Source of the DNA: Octopus sinensis
Lineage: Eukaryota
DNA length: 28,739 nucleotides
NCBI RefSeq assembly: GCF_006345805.1
Contig: NW_021833215.1
Location: forward strand, 1-28,739
Direction of reading: 5' to 3'
Shown here: positions 23,801 through 28,739 of the stretch, in pieces
Layout of the letters: every line of letters starts with the position of its first letter
Position numbering within the stretch: the first letter of the stretch is position 1
Made by a program: the position numbers and the translations under genes
Notes under the pieces: generated by a model
What the model was told of the DNA's origin: nothing
Database searches by the model: none
Seen by the model: the letters and a program-made list of their open reading frames with translations, nothing else

Positions 23801-24193
23801 GATGGATGGAAGCACTCCGTCGGTTACGACGACGAGGGTTCCGGTTGATCCGAATCAACGGAACAGCCTGCTCATGAAATTAACGTGTAAGTGGCTGAGC
23901 ACTCCACAGACACGTGCACCCTTAACGTAGTTCTCGGGAATATTCAGCGTGACAGAGAGAGTGACAAGGCCGACCCTTTGAAATACAGGTACAACAGAAA
24001 CAGGAAGTAAGAGTGAGAGAAAGTTGTGGTGAAAGAGTACAGCAGGGATCACCACCATCCCCTGCCGGAGCCTCATGGAGCTTTTAGGTGTTTTCGCTCA
24101 ATAAACACTCACAACGCCCGGTCTGGGAATCGAAACCGCGATCCTATGACCGCGAGTCCGCTGCCCTAACCACTGGGCCATTGCGCCTCCACT
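23801..24193 (-). mobile_element. SINE-B
   Basis: Full length; 12-bp TSD TCATTTAGGGTT at 23789-23800 and 24194-24205. Confidence 0.93.
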
Positions 24194-24607
24194 TCATTTA
24201 GGGTTACCAACCGGCACGCGGAGGAGACTACACCGGTTAAGTTGAGCCAGAGCACTCTATTGCTCTGATTTCTAGTAGACCTAAAGGAAGGGCCCGGGGA
24301 CAGGTGATGCAGGTGGTGCGCTTGCGCCCCACTAAAATTTGTTTTGTTTTATTCGGCAAGGCTCTCGTTGTTATTTGCAATTTATTTAGTGACTTTATGA
24401 AGGCCGCATTTGTCTATTTCAAACCTTGTTGTTTGTAAGTGTGTAGAATACGGTGAGGTGTGTGCGTGTATGATTACTCGCGTGCGTATTATGTGTGCGT
24501 ATGTGTGTTATTGTGTGTATGTGCGTGCGTTTTCTCCCTAGACACAACAAAAATATGTTTCAACACGTGTATTCACATTAAGAATCTTGCAAAACAAATA
24601 CCAAAAC

Positions 24608-24677
24608 GTAGTAGTAGTAGTAGTAGTAGTGATGGTGGTGGTGGAAGTAGTAGTGGCGGCGGTGCAGGTGCTGGTGA

Positions 24678-24737
<60 letters not shown>

Positions 24738-24794
24738 AAATGGTGGTGGTGGTAGAAGTAGTAGTGGCGGCGGCGCAGGTGCTGGTGCTGGTGA

Positions 24795-24831
<37 letters not shown>
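24608..24831. repeat. Compound (AGT)n/(GGT)/(GGC) repeat with a duplicated internal block
   Basis: Two copies of ATGGTGGTGGTG...AGTAGTAGTGGCGGCGG.GCAGGTGCTGGTG separated by AGT runs. Confidence 0.9.
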
Positions 24832-25407
24832 TCCTTTAAAAATGAAACCCATTATCATATTAGAGATATGTTGGTGGTGGTGGTGGTGGGAGGGGGGAGG
24901 AAGTGTCCCATTGTTTATTTTCCCCATAATTACTCATTACTGTATTTCCCTTCTTCCTGATTACTTAATGAAAAGAACGTGTGAGTGATGCAGCAACAAC
25001 ATCAAACAAAGCAACCACAACCTGTCTATAGGGCGGCGGCAGTGGTGTCGGCGGCAGCGGCGGCGACGGCGGTGACGATGGCTGGTGGGTGGGGGAGAGA
25101 GAAACTGAGGAGGAGAGACACGTGATTTGGTCAAGTGACATTGATTGGCGCTTTGTCATCTCATGGAGATGACGAACAATTCAATTTAGTTGTGAAGGTA
25201 TTTCCTTAACTGTTGAATTGAGTTGCTTTGAAACGGTGCGGAGGTGGATTCTTTATAGGTTTTATCTTTTTTATTTTATTTTATTTTATATTGAAAAAAA
25301 AACGACGGAGGAGAGACAAGAATGGAAAAGGAGAGACAGGAGAAAAGAGGTGAAAAAGGTGAAAGAAATAAGGCAAGAAAAAAAATGACATGAAAAAGCA
25401 AAAAAAA

Positions 25408-25623
25408 GCAGGCTTGGCTGTGTGGTAAGTTGCTTACATCCCAGCCATACGATTCTGGGTTCAGTCCCACTGCGTGGAAACTTGGGCAAGCGTCTTCTAC
25501 AATAGCCCCGGGCCGACCAAAGCATTGGGAGTGGGTTTGGTAGAAGGAAACTGAAAGAAGTCGGTCGTATATGTATAAGTCTGTCAGTGTGTGTGTGTGT
25601 GTATGTGTGCGTGCGTGAGTGTG

Positions 25624-25671
<48 letters not shown>

Positions 25672-25875
25672 CTTGTCTCGCACCATCGCTTGACAACCGA
25701 TGTTGCTGTGCTTACGTCCCCGTAACTTAGCGGCTCGGCAAAAGACTCCGATAGAATAAGTACCATGCCTAAAAGAAATAAGCGCTGGGGTCTATTCCTT
25801 CTAATAAAATTCTTCAACGCAGTGCTCCAGCATGACCGCAGTTTAATGAGTGAAGTAAGCAAAAGATAAAAGATA
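25408..25875 (+). mobile_element. SINE-C, full length with internal (GT)n
   Basis: Head GCAGGCTTGGCTGTGTGG...GGTTCAGTCCCACTGCG; tail CCAGCATGACCGCAG...AAAAGATAAAAGATA. Confidence 0.88.
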
Positions 25876-26004
25876 GAAATGAAATAAGGGTCCGAGAAGA
25901 AAAGTAAAAAGAAAGCAAAGCGACAAAGGGGATAGAAAGACAAGGCAACACCAAAGTCTTCTCAACGATTAGCCAGAGATGATTTTTAAAATGAGAATAT
26001 TTGA

Positions 26005-26274
26005 AATAAACTCGACTGCTCTCACAAACGAGAATACTAAAACTCAACCCGACCGCTCTCAAAAATTAAGTAAAAAAATCGGAAAAATAATCCATAATCC
26101 TTGTCCAGTACCGGGTCGATCCCAAAATCTAATCAGTTCGTGCCAGTCACGAGGTCAAACATCCCTGAAAGTTTCATCTGAATCCATCCAACGGTTCTTG
26201 AGATATCTTGTCCACGGACAAACAAACAAACATGACTGAAAACAATACCTCCGCCATATGGAAGGCGGAGGTAA
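26005..26274 (+). mobile_element. Helentron-associated (HINE/DINE-like) non-autonomous element
   Basis: (ACAA)n microsatellite followed by GAAAACAAT and perfect 10-bp hairpin TACCTCCGCC/GGCGGAGGTA (26246-26273), an architecture typical of HINEs; 5' boundary approximate. Confidence 0.65.
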
Positions 26275-26291
26275 AAGAAGCGATCAAGTGA

Positions 26292-27148
26292 GTATTTCGT
26301 CTGTCGCTACGTTGTGAGTTAAAATTCCGCCGAGGTCGACTTTGCCTTTCATCCTTTCGGGGTCGATAAATTAAGTACCAGTTACGCACTGGCGTCGATG
26401 TAATCGACTTATTACCTATGTCTGTCCTTGTTTGTCCCCTCTGTGTTTAGCCCCTTGTGGGTAATAAAGAAATAGGTATTTCGTCTGTCGCTACGTTCTG
26501 AGTTCAAAGTCCGCCGAGGTCGACTTTGCCTTTCATCCTTTCGGGGTCGATAAATTAAGTACCAGTAACGCACTGGGGTCGATGTAATCGACTTAATACC
26601 TATGTCTGTCCTTGTTTGTCCCCTCTGTGTTTAGCCCCTTGTGGGTAATAAAGAAATAGGTATTTCGTCTGTCGCTACGTTCTGAGTTCAAAGTCCGCCG
26701 AGGTCGACTTTGCCTTTCATCCTTTCGGGGTCGATTAAATAAGTAATTGACTTAACCCGTCTGTCTGTCCTTGTTTGTCTCCTCTGTGTTTAGCCCTGTT
26801 GTGGCTAGTAAAGAAATAAGTATTTCGTCTGTCGCTACGTTTTGAGTTCAAATTCCGCCAAGGTCGACTTTGCCTTTCATCCTTTCGGGGTCGATAAATT
26901 AAGGACCAGTTACGCACTGGGGTCGATATGATCGACTTAATCCGTTTGTCTGTCCTTGTTTGTCTTCTCTGTGTTTAGTAGGGTAGTAAAGAAATAGGTA
27001 TTTCGTCTGTCTTTACGTTCTGTGTTCAAATTCTACCGAGGTCGACTTTACCTTTTATCCTTTCGGGGTCGATAAATTAAGTTGCATACTGGGGTCAATC
27101 TAATCGACTGGCCCCCTCCTCAAAGATTTCGGGTCTTGTGCCTAGAGT
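26292..27148 (+). mobile_element. Headless tandem array of five SINE-A 3' units
   Basis: Units begin GTATTTCGTCTG at 26292, 26476, 26660, 26820 and 26998; the last has a different tail. Confidence 0.92.
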
Positions 27149-27179
27149 AGAAGAGAAAAGAATTTATTATAATTAATGT

Positions 27180-27411
27180 TATACAGTACTGTACTGTATT
27201 TTTTTTATATATATTAATTTTTAGGTGTGAAAATGCTTATTTTACCACAGAAATAATTACAATCTAAAAATATGTAAATACCTATCGGCCTCAGAAGCGC
27301 GCGATATACTGAGGAGCCCGCAATATGAATTTACTTGTATTATTAGCCAGAAAAATCCGCGGATGTACTGAGGGCGCGATAGGTGAATCACGTTATGGCG
27401 AGTGCTTACTG
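27180..27411. mobile_element. pogo/Tigger-like DNA transposon end fragment
   Basis: Right end reads in reverse complement TA|CAGTAAGCACTCGCCATAACGTGATTCACCTATCGCG, with subterminal CGCG..TACTGAGG repeats; the other TIR was not found. Confidence 0.45.
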
Positions 27412-27443
27412 TAGTATTGTAGTGTTAACAACCTCTAGACAGT

Positions 27444-27917
27444 TGTGTCCGCAATCCTGTTTCGATTCCTGGATAGGCGCAGACATGGTTGTGTGGTAAA
27501 GAATCTCGCTTTACTACCACGTGATTTCAGGTTCAGTCTTCTTATCACACAGCCTATACCACACAGCAACTCCCATACATGTGAGCGTGTGTGTGCGCGC
27601 AAGCGTATGTATGTGTATCTTGCGATTGTCACACACACCACTTGACAACCAGAGTTGGTTTGTTTACATCCCCATAACTTAGCGGTTCAACAACAGCAAC
27701 AAATAGAATAAGCACCAGACTTTAAAATCACAACTCAAGTAGGTGCACCAGTTTCCATCTACCAAAGTCAATCACAAAATATTGCTCAGTCCAGGGCTAT
27801 AGTGGAAGACACTTAGACAAGGTACTGCAGAGTGGGACTAAATCTGAAATCACGTGGTTGCAGAGGGAGTTCCTTTGTCTGCGCCAAATCAGGAATCGAA
27901 ACCGGATTGCGGACACA
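27444..27917. mobile_element. Two convergent SINE-C-derived copies bounded by 42-bp inverted repeats
   Basis: 27444-27485 and 27876-27917 are reverse complements apart from a few mismatches; both copies carry the ACCACGTGATTTCAG variant. Confidence 0.75.
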
Positions 27918-28007
27918 CGAGCTTTTGAACGATTTCCTTTTTTTATATTTGTAAAGGTATTCCGAAATATAATAGAAGTGTTAAACAATCTACGAATGGT
28001 AATATAT

Positions 28008-28241
28008 CTGTTTCTTTATTACCCACAAGGGGCTAAACACAGAGGGGACAAGCAAGGACAGACAAACGGATTAAGTCGTTTACACCGACCCCAGAGCGTA
28101 ACTGGTACTTAATTTATCGACCCCGAAAGGATGAAAGGCAAAGTCGACCTCGGCGGAATTTGAACTCACAACGTAACGGCGGACGAAATACGGCTACGCA
28201 TTTCGCCCGGCGTGCTAACGGTTCTGCCAGCTCGCCGCCTT
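28008..28241 (-). mobile_element. SINE-A monomer
   Basis: Full head to tail on the minus strand; no clear TSD. Confidence 0.92.
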
Positions 28242-28344
28242 CATGCTTTTAGATATATCTTCTCTTTGTTTTATCTATTTGTGTCACCTCATATTTTGTT
28301 CGACTTCTCACCTACATGTAAATGTATATGTGCAACAAGCTACC

Positions 28345-28440
28345 ACAGTCTCCGACTACCAAATTCATACACAAGGTATCTATCGTCCTGGTGCTTATGA
28401 TAGAAGTCACTTGCCCATAATACAGCGCAATGGGACTGAC
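28345..28440 (-). mobile_element. Decayed SINE-C fragment adjacent to SINE-B
   Basis: CTACCAAATTCA...CACTTGCCC...GGGACTGA resembles the SINE-C reverse complement. Confidence 0.55.
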
Positions 28441-28449
28441 CTCGATCAG

Positions 28450-28739
28450 GGAAGCACTCCGTCGGTTACGACGATGAGGGTTCCGGTTGATCCGAATCAA
28501 CGGAACAGCCTGCTCGTGAAATTAACGTGTAAGTGGCTGAGCACTCCACAGACACGTGTAACCTTAACGCAGTTCTCAGGGATATTCAGCGTGACACAGA
28601 GAGTGACAAGGCCGGCCCTTTGAAATACAGGTACAACAGAACAGGAAGTAAGAGTGAGAGAAAGTTGTGTGAAAGAGTACGCAGGGATCACCACCATCCC
28701 CTGCCGAAGCCTCGTGGAGCTTTAGGTGTTTTCGCTCAA
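28450..28739 (-). mobile_element. SINE-B, cut by the window edge
   Basis: Matches the other three copies from the 3' tail onward. Confidence 0.92.

Noticed and set aside
24199-24216. TAGGGTTACCAACC as a hAT terminal inverted repeat
   Set aside because: No matching opposite TIR found in the window.
24460-24960. Ser/Gly-rich 166-aa ORF
   Set aside because: Derived from the (AGT)n/(GGT) compound repeat; flanks are not coding-like.
10432-28739. All four SINE-B copies on the minus strand
   Set aside because: With n=4 the chance of one shared orientation is 1 in 8; not informative.

Overview
AT-rich, repeat-saturated eukaryotic genomic DNA. The tRNA-derived SINE families look like those of Octopus (recognised from memory, not database-checked). 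I find no confidently supported host protein-coding gene; nearly all ORFs in the track are microsatellite or satellite artefacts. The window holds many microsatellites, three tRNA-derived SINE families (my labels A, B, C), non-autonomous Helitrons, a Helentron/HINE-like element, decayed R4/Dong and CR1-group LINE fragments and DNA-transposon relics. The most striking structure is a nest at 13765-20981. A minus-strand Helitron is split into two halves that together lack only 6 nt of the intact copy at 12988-13380. Between the halves lie (i) a 4.1-kb 21-24-bp minisatellite with an internal 1-kb inversion and (ii) a SINE-C copy interrupted, with a 9-bp target-site duplication (TSD), by a 2.15-kb ORF1-only L1/Tx1-like element (CCHC zinc knuckle, no ORF2). 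That element's 3' motif resembles the SINE-A tail, and SINE-A forms head-to-tail arrays that break at one fixed site in its own tRNA head. Together these suggest, as inference only, an L1/Tx1-driven retrotransposon system that prefers tRNA-derived SINE heads as targets.
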